This document shows, piece by piece, positions 26,382-37,248 of a stretch of DNA of 64,000 nucleotides. How positions within the stretch are numbered: position 1 is the first letter of the stretch; every line of letters starts with the position of its first letter. Source of the stretch: the human T2T-CHM13v2.0 reference genome, Homo sapiens. Location: the NCBI RefSeq assembly GCF_009914755.1, contig NC_060928.1. One strand, written 5' to 3'. The notes under the pieces were generated by a model. The model saw nothing but the letters and a program-made list of their open reading frames with translations, was not told where the DNA came from and did not search any database. A program made the position numbers and the translations under genes.

Positions 26382-28314
26382 CTCAATTATAAATTGTTAT
26401 TCTCCACAAATTCCCACAGTGCTCAAGATAGTGGTTTACAGGGAAGTATGAAAGTCAGGTTCCAGTTAAAATAATGCTGTTTCTGTTTCTATTGAAAATT
26501 AGGAACTGATTTATGGTGATTTGATGGGACAGATTAACAGCTCTAGAGGGACTCCTTTCCAGTCTACCTTCCTTCCACCAGCCAATCCCCTTACCTCAGG
26601 AGATCAAGTGATGATATGAGTGGGTCAAGTCCAAACATATTAATTGGGATACTTAGTATCATCAAAATAATTTAAATAAATCACTGTTGGGGCAAACACT
26701 GTCTTCTTTTCTTAGTGTAATCCTATAATCTGAATGTTAAAAACACAGAGAACTAAGATTTGAGTATGGGGATAAGGGAAAGCAAATCAGGAAGGCTACT
26801 CTGCAATCTTGATCCTGGCTTCAGGGCTGCCTATTGCAAGCTAATAGAGTTATGGATTCCATGTGTTATGATCTGGATCATTAGGAGACCTTCTTAGGTT
26901 GAAGTTAAAGAGAGAAAGTTTGAGTCGAACTGCAGAAGTTTGAAGAGGGCATGACCTCCCCATACCATCCTTAGGATCTTGATATGGTTTGGTAGTTATT
27001 CTATCGTGTAGACTCAGGATCCTGAATCCTGGGAAAATAACATCTTAAACAACCATCTTAACACAATATATTCCCCCCTCCGGAGACTTGTTGGTAGTAA
27101 ATAGAAAATTTTTGCTGATGGCAACAATCCCATGGAGAATGGCAGATTCTACTGCAATTTCTAGAGAGCTGAATGAACAAGTACAGCACAGATTAGGAGC
27201 TTGGATTTTAGAAAATACAACAGAAGATGGTGTGGGGCAATTAACAAGTGGGAGATTACTGCCATGTAGTAATATGGTGCCTGTCTTCACTCCAGGGATC
27301 TTCAGTAAAGTTATTAACCTCAAAGAATTCATGAGTGGGTTTGAAAATTGAAAAGTTAGGAGGGGATGAAGTCTATAGTTGCTCCTCCCGGTGCCTCTGT
27401 CTCTGGGCGGAGCTATACCACAGGATTTGCACTAATCCTGAGGAAGGGGCCAGACTTGTACAGACTGTGTGATAGCATGAGTCAAGTTTCTAAAAATCAA
27501 AGCATTAGAGAAGTCTGTATGACATTTAGTTTAACTATGGGAGTCCCACGTGTGTTCCTTCCTCTAAAGCACTCAGTTGTATTTTGGATTTAATCACTAC
27601 CTTAAAACTGGGAAAAGTGGGCCTTCTATGAAATTGCCAACCTGTGAAGATAGAGAAAAATATAACACACACTGAGAATCAGGCACTGGGGCCCAGGTAT
27701 TTCTTAATGCAGCAAGTTATCCAAGTGATGAAGTAGCCAGCACAGAATTGGTTTATAGCCCAGCGCTTGAGAGTCATTGATTCAGGATATTGTACTTTTC
27801 TTCATGTTAACATGGGTAATCAAGAGTTAGTTTTCATCACCTGACAGTTGTTAGGAATTATTTTTCCCCAATTATTTTTCTCTGATGTTTATTAAAATGC
27901 AGATTTTTGAGCCTCAAAAGGGCTTACTGAATGGGAATCTCTTGAGAATGAAGCCCAGGAATCAAAAGATGACACAAATTTTTCTAAGTTGATTGAAGTT
28001 TGAAAACTATAGTTCTTTCCTTTCTATTCCCATAATGTGAGACATTTCTGTGCTCACCCACTATCAATCTTGCTTCCTATGACCAGATGACTAATGTGTT
28101 CCAGATCCTTCAGCTTTCCTATCCCTTGCTGTTATCACTACTGTAACTTCTGCCAAACAAAGGATGCATCTTCATCTTCAATGGGGTGGCTCTGGATCGC
28201 TGGCCTAAAGTATTGTGTAACGGCCTCTAACTACTCACATTCCTGCACCAAAGCCTGCACTTCTGAGTTTCCGACATTTACCGCCCAGTGATGGAGTTAG
28301 AAACTTATGTATGG

Positions 28315-28900
28315 GATTATATATGATCTAGCAATTCCACTTCGGAGTAGTGGTAGTGAAACTGAGTTTAAACGTCAAAATAATGGAAAGCAAAGATTTA
28401 ATCAGATATTTGAATACACCCATGTTCATAGGAGCATTATTCACAGTAGCCAAAAGGTGGAAGTAGCCCAACTGTTCATCAATGGACAAGGGATAAATAA
28501 AATGTGGTCAACAGTGGAATATTATTTAACCTTTAAAAAGGAAGGATATGCTGATACATCCTACAGCATGGATGAACCTTGAAGCCCTTATGAAGACATT
28601 ATGCTAAGTGAAATACGCCAGTCACAAAAAGACAAAAAAAGTATTATACAATGTATGAGGTATCTGAAATAGACAAATTTATAGAAGTAGAAAGTAGAAT
28701 GGTGGTTGCCAGGGGCTGAGAGGAAGAAAAAATGGAGAGATGGTGCTTCTTGGGTATGGAGTTTCAGTTTTGCAAGATAAAAAAAAAATCATTGAGATTG
28801 TTTGCACAACAATGTGAATATTACTACTGAGTGTACACTTAGGAATGGTTAAAATGGTAAATTTTATATTATGTATGTTTTATCACGATTAATCATGAAT
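28315..28900 (+). mobile_element. L1MB-type 3' end
   Basis: ATATGATCTAGCAATTCCACTT...GCATTATTCACAGTAGCCAAAAGGTGG...CATTATGCTAAGTGAAATA..GTCACAAAAAGACAAA...GGTTAAAATGGTAAATTTTAT. Confidence 0.85.
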
Positions 28901-29817
28901 AAAAATAATACAAAAAATCAGTTGCCATTTGGCTTAACTTGTTGTCATTGTTAAAAAAAAAAAGCCCTCCACACATCAGGCAGCTGTCATTATATGGCAC
29001 CATTTTACCTGAACATGGCTTCAACTGTCCTCTACAAGTATATAAGTTTCCTGTATCGGATAGAAAATGCCTCACCTGAGATTCCAACAACAATCTTCTC
29101 TAGCTCCCATTTCGATCATTTCCTCCCAAAGGTTGAAGGGCAATCTTCATGGGTGATTGTTGGTGTCCTTTTCTAGACAGCCTAGAAGGAAGAAATTAGA
29201 CTGATCAGCACTTTAAAACATTGAATGTTTTAAACATTGAATGTCCTTCAAGGACAGCAACTTATACACAGAGGCCATCACAAGAAAGGTAGGTACATTA
29301 ATCATCTCCCCAGCTGGAAACGAAGGAGAAGAAATAAATAAACAGCCCATCATCATGATCAGGTATCAAAGGTTCGTTTTAGGTCATACCCCCATTAAAA
29401 AGAATTTCAATGCTGTCAGGAGCAATGTCATGAATCTCTTGTACTTCTTTTATGAGTAATTCATGCAGGGAGGAATCACCCTCCCTATGAGCTCCATAAT
29501 GAGTGCCCCCGTCAATTTCTCTGCCTTTCCACTTTTGGTCATCTCAAAGCAAGGATAGAGAAGTACTATACATTTACCCCTGCACTGAGTGCCTGTGTCT
29601 TAAATAAATATTAAGTGAAGTTAGTGCAACTGGTAAAAAAGTCAATAACTTAGAAAATAATATTAGCATTTTGTTCTATGTTTGGGTTTTATCATGTGAG
29701 GTTATCATTTTAAAGTTATTACTTAAACGTCTTAAAAATAGCTCACTTTTAAAATATGTATTTGTATAGAAATACTAGAAAATGCTGACAACCAAAAAAG
29801 ATTAAAAATCTGAAAAT

Positions 29818-32800
29818 ACTGGCGGAGCCCGAGCGCCGCCCAGCCCGCAGCGGTGGGGCCCCGAGTGCGGCGAAGAGATTGTTTTCTCAAAGCTGCATTG
29901 GAGGCTGTGACAGAGCTGAGAGCCTGTGTGGAGCGGACGGTGAGGAATTCTCAATAACATGGCCCTTTGCCATTAGCCTTGCCATGACCACATTTTTCAC
30001 CAGCGTCCCCCGCTGGATTCAAGATGCAAATCAGGAGGAAGTGGGCTGGAAACTAGTTCCCAGGCCTCGGGGCCGGGAGGCGGAGAGTCAAGTGAAGTGC
30101 CAATGTGAAATTTCGGAGAAACCTTTCTCAAATGGAGAGAAGCTGAGGCCTCACAGCCTCCCACAACCAGAGCAGAGACCATATAGCTGCCGTCAGCTGC
30201 ACTGTGGCAAGTCTTTTGCTTCCAAATACAAGCTGTATAGGCACATGGCCACCCACTCAGCCCAGAAACCCACCAGTGTATGTACTGTGATAAGGTGTTT
30301 CACCGCAAGGATCATCTGCGGAACCATCTGCAGACCCATGACCCTAACAAAGAGGCCCTCCGCTGCTCTGAGTGCGGTAAGAATTACAATACGAAGCTGG
30401 GCCACCGGCGCCACCTGGCCATGCATGCTGCCAGCAGCGGTGACCTCAGCTGCAAGGTGTGCCTGCAGACCTTTGAGAGTACCCAGGCCCTGCTAGAGCA
30501 CCTGAAGGGCCACTCACGCCGGGTAGCAGGCAGTGCCAAGGAGAAGAAGCACCCCTGTGACCACTGCGACCGGCGGTTCTATACTCGTAAGGATGTACAG
30601 CGGCACCTAGTGGTGCACACAGGCCGTGAGGACTTCCTGTGTCAGTACTGTGCCCCGCGGTTTGGCCGTAAGGACCACCTGATGCGTCATGTCAAGAAGA
30701 GCCACTTGCAGGAGCAGCTCAAGATCAAGACAGAGCCCGTGGGGACATGTTAGGCCTACTTAGCTGCAGCTCCACAGTCAGTGTGAAGGAAGAGCTGAGC
30801 CCTGTGCTGTGCATGGCCTCTCGGGAAGTAATGGGAACCAAGGCCTTCCCTGGCATGTTGCCCATGGGCATGTATGGTGCCCACATCCCTACCATGCCCA
30901 GCACGGGCGTGCAACACTCTCTGATGCACAACACGCTGCCCATGGGTATGAGCTGCCCTCTGGAATCCTCACCTATCTCTTCCCCAGCTCAGCTCCCTCC
31001 AAAATACCAGCTTGGATCTACCTCATACTTGCCCGACAAATTGCCCAAAGTGGAGGTGGATAGTTTTCTGGCGGAGCTTCCTGGAAGCCTGTCTCTCTCA
31101 GCCGCTGAACCCCAGCCCGCCTCACCTCAGCCGGCGGCAGCTGCGGCCCTCCTAGATGAAGCACTGTTTGCCAAGAGCCCCGCCAACCTCTCTGAGGCCC
31201 TCTGCGCTGCTAACGTGGACTTCTCCCACCTACTGGGCTTTCTTCCACTCAACCTGCCCCCGTGTAACCCACCTGGGGCCACGGGAGGCCTGGTCATGGG
31301 CTACTCCCAGGCAGAGGCACAGCCCCTGCTCACCACTTTGCAAGCTCAGCCTCAAGATTCCCCAGGAGCGGGGTGACCACTGAACTTTGGGCCTCTGCAC
31401 TCCTTGCCTCCTGTCTTCACGTCTGGCCTGAGTAGCACCACCCTGCCTCGTTTCCACCAAGCATTCCAGTAGCCCCCACAGAGGTCCTCAGCTCAGTTTT
31501 TGGCTCTGTTAGGGAGCCTTAGTACCCACCCCGTCCGTGTCCCCCATGAAGGCTTCTCTGCTCTCCATCACATCACTTCCACTTCTTGTGCCCCTGCCCC
31601 CGCCTCCAGTTTTCCCCTAGTATCCAGCAAGGTTTCTTGCAACAAATGATTAGTTCTTCTCTTCTGACTTGTGGGGCTCCCTGCCGCAGAGAGCACAGCC
31701 CTTGCCCAGAGCCCAGGAACCCCATCCTTGCTTCATCTTAGATCTTCATGGGCTTCACTCTTCCCACTCATGGAAGGGAGGCAACTCAGGGACCTCCATT
31801 GTGGGACCCTTGAGACACCTCCACTCTGATTCAGAAACACACTTCTACCTCTTTACTGTTAACTCTTAACAGATGCAGTCAGCAGTTTCTGGGCACTTCT
31901 CTCAGTAGGTGCCTCATACTGACTTCTCCACTAGGGTTTCAGGACAAACTACCAAGGAACTGCCTCAGCCTGGTACCAGTCCTCCCTCACCCACCTTCTG
32001 TCTAGGTTCACTTGGTTTGTCATCAGGAACTGAGCAGGTCCAGGACTCAGGCTTCTGCTTCAGCCCAAGCCAGTACTCCTTGTTTGAGGTAAAGGCCTTA
32101 ACATTTAGTTCCCTAGCCCTCGATTGGAAGCAATTTGGAGTGTGTTTCGATATAGGCAGGGTAGCTTGGGATACCTTTTAAAAAACAAAACCAGATATTA
32201 AAATGTCTGGCAAGGTTAGAATCAGACTAGATGATTTGCTTCTAAAAGTTAGTTTCAGTGAGTCCCAGGGACTAATTAAGGTTTATTTTAAAAAGCGTCT
32301 ACCTTGATACGCAGCCACCTCCTGCATGCTGTCATGTTATTGGGACTTGTATTATAGGTGATGGTATGTGAGAATCGAGTTGGGACTCGCTGTTGCCATC
32401 CTCCTTGTTGTATCTGGTTTTCATCACTAGACCCAGCAACCCTTCTCACCTTAACTGCCACCTTCCCTACACCCTCAGTTTACAGAGGCCATTGGGCCTC
32501 TGGCTGCAGAATACAAAGTCCTGGGCTGTTAGAGGAGTCCTTTCCTCTCTGCCTGCCCTTTCCTGTCCCTCCCTCGAATTCTCTCTCCCCATAAGTGATG
32601 CTGGGAAAGTCATAGGACTGGCAAAGCAACTGTTTGAACCCTTGTAACTGGGGCCTTGCCCCCACATCCTGTCTTTTCTCCTTGCCTTCCTCACTCCTGT
32701 GTCCTCCCATCTATCCTGTCTTTCCTTTCCTCCTCCCTCAGTGTCCTCAGCACCCACAAGGAATTTTCCTATCACTGTGAACTTTGCTGGTACAGAGGAA

Positions 32801-34149
32801 TAATATCTGCCTTCACCTTTTTTTTTGGACCATAGCTAGCCAGTCATTTCTTAAACCTCCCTTCCTAAAATCTGGGGGGCTGGGGGTGGGGGAAGCCTTA
32901 GTGGCCTGGTTGTTCAAAGGACAAGAATAGCTTTATCCTACACTCAGTACCCAAACTCACTTCAGTATGCTCACTGAGGCCATGAGAACCTGAGGGGCAT
33001 CTGCCCAGGACAGGAGCCATGGCATATGACAAAGACCAGTGAGGGACCAGGAAAAACAGGGGTGATGTCCCCTTTCCCTGCCATCTCCAGCCTCTGTCAG
33101 CAATGAGCTATTCCCCTCCCACCCTACACAGTAGCTGGTCAGGGCTGAATGCAGTCCTGAGGGTAAGGGGATGACATGCCCAGGTGTCAGCTCAAAGGAT
33201 CTCTGCATCATCTTGAGGTGGGAGGCAGGGAAGGGAGCACCAATGAGGATCCCCCCCGCCCAACCTTGTACAAATGGCATTTTCTTAATTGAAATCCGGG
33301 AAGCAGGTGTGATTAGTTTTTTGCTCGTAGATACTGTCCTAAGTTGGAATTCTCCCACTGCCCTAAAACCTTCCCTAGTAGTCCTTTAAATTCCCCCTTC
33401 CCTTTTTGGTAGCTGTTTTCTCCGTCCTCTCTCCACCTCCCCTCTTATCTAGGAGCTGTTTGTAAGCAAGATTTTTTAACAGGTTATATTGTACAGGATC
33501 AATATTTTGCTTTTTAACAAGGATATTTGTGTAATAAGAAACTTTGCCTTAGGCAGGTGTTGGCCAGAAAAGTCCAGATTCCTCTGGGACCCCACCCTGG
33601 CCTCTCCTGAAACTCTGAACCTGCTGTGGAAGGGATTGGCCTTGACCTTCACCTTTGGAGAGTAGGGTCTATGGCGAGGGAAAAGGGTGTTCACCATAAA
33701 CATCTAGTGCCTCCATGGAGGGGTTTGGAAAAATTCCAGTCCAATTTCTTTGTGTGTCAGCTGACTTCCTTAGCTGATTTTTTGCACTTGCACCTTTCCA
33801 CCTCTGCATATTTGGCACTAGAACTCCTGAGACACCACTTCTCACGCTTCTCCTTCCCTACCAGCGGTCAAGGCTTTGGAGCCAGTCTCTTGTAACTTCA
33901 GATTATTTAAAGAGAAAAATACAAGACAGAAATCTTCTAGCACTTTGTAAACACAGTGAATAACCTCTTAGAGTATTTTTGGCTTCATATAAAACAAGGT
34001 TTTTAATTGTAAAGTATAAGTGCCATTAGAAAATGCACAGGGCATATCTCTGTTAAAGTAGGTTTTTCAATGTTTTACAGAATTACATTTTCAAAAAAAG
34101 GTTTTTATAATGAAGTTGTTTATTAAAAACTTCTGAATGATGAAAAAAA
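29818..34149 (+). pseudogene. PLAGL2: Processed pseudogene (retrocopy) of PLAGL2 mRNA: 5'UTR, full CDS, 3'UTR and A-tail
   Basis: Three consecutive ORFs translate to the PLAGL2 protein (MTTFFTSVP.WIQDA...[16 protein letters not shown] / [19 protein letters not shown]...IKTEPV / [19 protein letters not shown]...TTLPRFHQAFQ*). No introns. ATTAAA at 34122-34127, A7 at 34143-34149. TSD AAAAAT(C/A)TGAAAAT at 29804-29817 and 34145-34158, preceded by TT (L1 endonuclease TT/AAAA site). Confidence 0.97.
29984..31472 (+). pseudogene. PLAGL2: Disabled PLAGL2 CDS (six C2H2 zinc fingers plus Ser/Pro-rich transactivation domain)
   Basis: ATG at 29984 (GCCATGA), ancestral stop TAG at 31470-31472. Lesions versus the recalled human protein: in-frame loss of one Glu (QEE vs QEEE), 1-bp deletion in the C-run 30269-30271, 2-bp insertion in GGGG 30741-30744, GGA>TGA at 31374-31376. 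Length 1489 nt = 1491-3-1+2, matching a 496-aa parent. Confidence 0.95.
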
Positions 34150-34224
34150 TATGAAAATTAACATTTACTCTCAGCTGCCAAGTGATAAGAATGATCACTT
34201 ATTAGCATCTTGTTATATCTTACA

Positions 34225-34356
34225 ATTTTTTTTAATAATAGAGACAAGGTCTTGCTATGTTGCCCAGGCCATTCTCAAACTCCTTGATTCAAGTGATCCT
34301 CCTGCCTCAGCCTCTCAAAGTGTTGGGATTACAGGCATGAGCCACTATGGCCAGGC
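34225..34356 (-). mobile_element. FLAM (Alu monomer)
   Basis: Single left-arm monomer, antisense, T-rich tail, flanked by ACAATTTTT/ACAAAATTTTT. Confidence 0.88.
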
Positions 34357-36278
34357 ACAAAATTTTTAAAAACTGCATGAGTGCACACACTTACACACAC
34401 ACACACACATGCAAATAGATAAATATGTTTTGAAAATTGATACCCTATTGCCCATTTTGGTAGGCAGAATTCTGAGATGACTCCAAACATTTTGTGCCAG
34501 ACACCAGAGGTATCCCAAAATAGGGCATTGGCCTCTAGAAACACCAGGAAAATATGTGGAGGGGTAAACACAAGCCCATACCAAGCCCACTGAAACACCC
34601 CCAAGAACACAGCCTAATGATGCAGTGCCAGCAACACCCTCTGTATGTGGGAAGAATAGAAAATTGTACTGATATCTTTAAATGAAGGGATTATAGAAAA
34701 GAAAAAAAGAATAAAATAAGACATATTCCCTTCCTATTCCAGAAAGTAGGTTAGGAAAAGAGACATTACCCATTAAAATTAGTCCTTCTTTAAGAAAAAA
34801 ACAAGTCAGAGACTTATTGTGGAGAAAGTAAAGTTCCCAGCTGTTGGGTTTAGAGATATGTATGTTTGACTTTGAAATTCCTTTAACAGGCTCCATCATT
34901 TTTTACTTACATGTTTTTAAAGTGTGGCAGCCCAACTCCCACCCAACCTATTCCCCAAGACTTAACCAGTGGCAAAGAACATTAAAATAAAACCTGAATA
35001 AATAAACAAAACCCTGAACCTTTATTTTATGTGAAAACCAAAACAAGGTCAAACTCTTTTCCCTTCTAACAGAATGCCCAAAGAAGAAAATTTTTCTCAC
35101 ACTGTTAAACCCAGTCATCATCAGATTCCCATGGGCAGGAATGCCAAGTTTGTTAGTATGGAAAAGAATTTAGATGACTTTTCTCCTTTCTTGAAAATAG
35201 AATGATTTAAAGCCCAAGGAAAAATAGGTTAACTCCTGAAAATTTCTGATTCCTGACAAATTCTGTTCCTAGAAGAGTTTATTTTTACTTCCACTATTAT
35301 AGTTATTCACAATAAAAAGTTTAGTGTATCTCATTTTTGTTTGCATTCTCTTTAATCATGGAATATACATTCACATTAAGTAATTCATTTTTCTCAATAG
35401 AGTTATTCCTAAAAAGGTGGTCTATATATCATCTTAAAAAGAAACATCTAACCATGCTGGAGTAATTAGTATCAAATTTTCTTCCTTTCATAAACAATTA
35501 AAGAATTGGGTAAAATATATGCAAGATCTGGTTCTGGTACTAGGTAATAATCAGCGCATGACTGTGATCTTGAGAGAAATGACGTAAATCAACTGAGCCC
35601 TGCAATTACCCTGGATACCTTTCTGAGGGCACTTCTCAGGCTAAAGTACATGGAAAGGGAAGACAAGTAGACTATCATGGCCTCCCTGAGTGGAAGAGAT
35701 ATTAAAGCTGAGGCAGCTAGAATTCATGGGGCAGAGTACTAGAAAAGAGATAGCTATCTAGAGAAAAAGTTCCAGAAATGTATATAAGGTCCTCTGAAGC
35801 CTATTGTTGAACATTAAGCTACACATGTGCAGGTTGAAACGCCATGAAGCTAAGCTGACAATTACTAGAGTGCTATCAGCTAAACAATTCTCACAGCCCA
35901 TTAAGCCTGAGAGATGATAAAGTTCTAACAAGCCAGAATGGATAGTTCTTACTGACTCTTTGAGGCACTCAGTACACGCCCCAGAAGAGCCATGCCTGGG
36001 TAACAGGAGTAAACCAGCTGTAGAGTAAAATCTACTTTATATCTGCCCTATCAAATTTTTCAGCAATTTTCAAAATGATTAAACTGAAAAACAAGTGACT
36101 TAACTGCCTACCAGAACTAAGTCAAGCACCCTTTAAAAGAAGACAATGAAAACTAGACACTCAGCAACATGAAATTCATGATTTTCAGCTCCTAGTCAAA
36201 AATTACTAGACGTGCCCTCAGAAGCAGGAAAATAGGATCTAAAACCCAGAGCAAAATCAGTCAATAAAAACAGAACCA

Positions 36279-36433
36279 GACCAGGTGCAATGGCTTACAC
36301 CTCTAATCCCAGCACTTTGGAAGGCCGAAGCAGGAGGATAGCTTGAGCCCATGAGTTCGAGACAGCCTGGACAATATGGTGAGATCCTGGTCTCTATAAA
36401 ATTAAAAAACAACAACAAAACAACAACAACAAC
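36279..36433 (+). mobile_element. FLAM_C-like Alu monomer with (CAA)n tail
   Basis: Monomer flanked by the repeat AAAACAGAACCAGA (TSD). Confidence 0.9.
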
Positions 36434-36690
36434 AAAACAGAACCAGAAGTGGGTGAATTAGAGCCAAAAATTTTTTATCAGATATTGTAAATATGGTTAA
36501 AGGAAAACATGAGCATGATGAGGAAAAAGACTACAATATATAAAATAAGAAACTATTTTTGTGTATAATAATTCATTTGGTGGAGTTAACAGTAGTTTAG
36601 ATAATGAAGAAAGAAATGTCAGTGAACTTGTAGACATAGCAATATAAGTTGCCCAAATTGAAGCTCAGAGGAAAAAAAGAGACTGATAAC

Positions 36691-37248
36691 AAAAAGCTAA
36701 AAACAGAACTACCATTCAACCCATTACAGGGTGTAGACCCAGAGGAATATAAATCATCCTACCATAAAGACACATGCACACAAATTTCTTTGCAGCTCTA
36801 TTACACTAGCAAAGACATGGAATTAACCTAAGTGCCCATCAGTGACAGATTGGATAAAGAAAATGTGATACATGTACACCATGGAATACTACACAGCCAT
36901 AAAAAAGAATGAGATCATGTGTTTTGTGGGAACATGAGTGGAGCTGAAGGCCCTTATCCCTTGCAAACTAATTCAAGAAAAGAAAACCAAATACCACATG
37001 TTTTCATTTATATGTGGGAGCTAAATGATGAGAACTCATGGACACAAAGATGGGAACAGACACTGGGACCTGCTTGAGGGAAGAGGGTGGCAGGAAGAAG
37101 AGGAGCACAAAAAATAACTATTGAGTACTAGCCTCAGTACCTGGGTGACAAAATAATCTGTATGACAAACCCTCATGACATGAGTTTACCAATATAAGAA
37201 ACCTGCACATGGGCCATAAACCTAAAATAAAAGTTTTTTTAAAAAAAA
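36691..37248 (+). mobile_element. L1PA13-16-type 3' end
   Basis: ORF2 C-terminus (KTELPFNP..YHKDTCT) and 3'UTR AATAACTATTGAGTACTAG..CCTGGGTGACAAAATAATCTGTA..CCTAAAATAAAAG. Confidence 0.88.

Noticed and set aside
29879-31472. Functional PLAGL2 gene or intact retrogene
   Set aside because: Two frameshifts that do not compensate (-1, +2), a nonsense codon, no introns, and TSD/A-tail hallmarks. The 205-aa ORF starts at TTG and goes out of frame after zinc finger 1.
31669-33895. Numerous short ORFs downstream of the PLAGL2 CDS
   Set aside because: Chance ORFs in GC-richer 3'UTR sequence with no recognisable domains.
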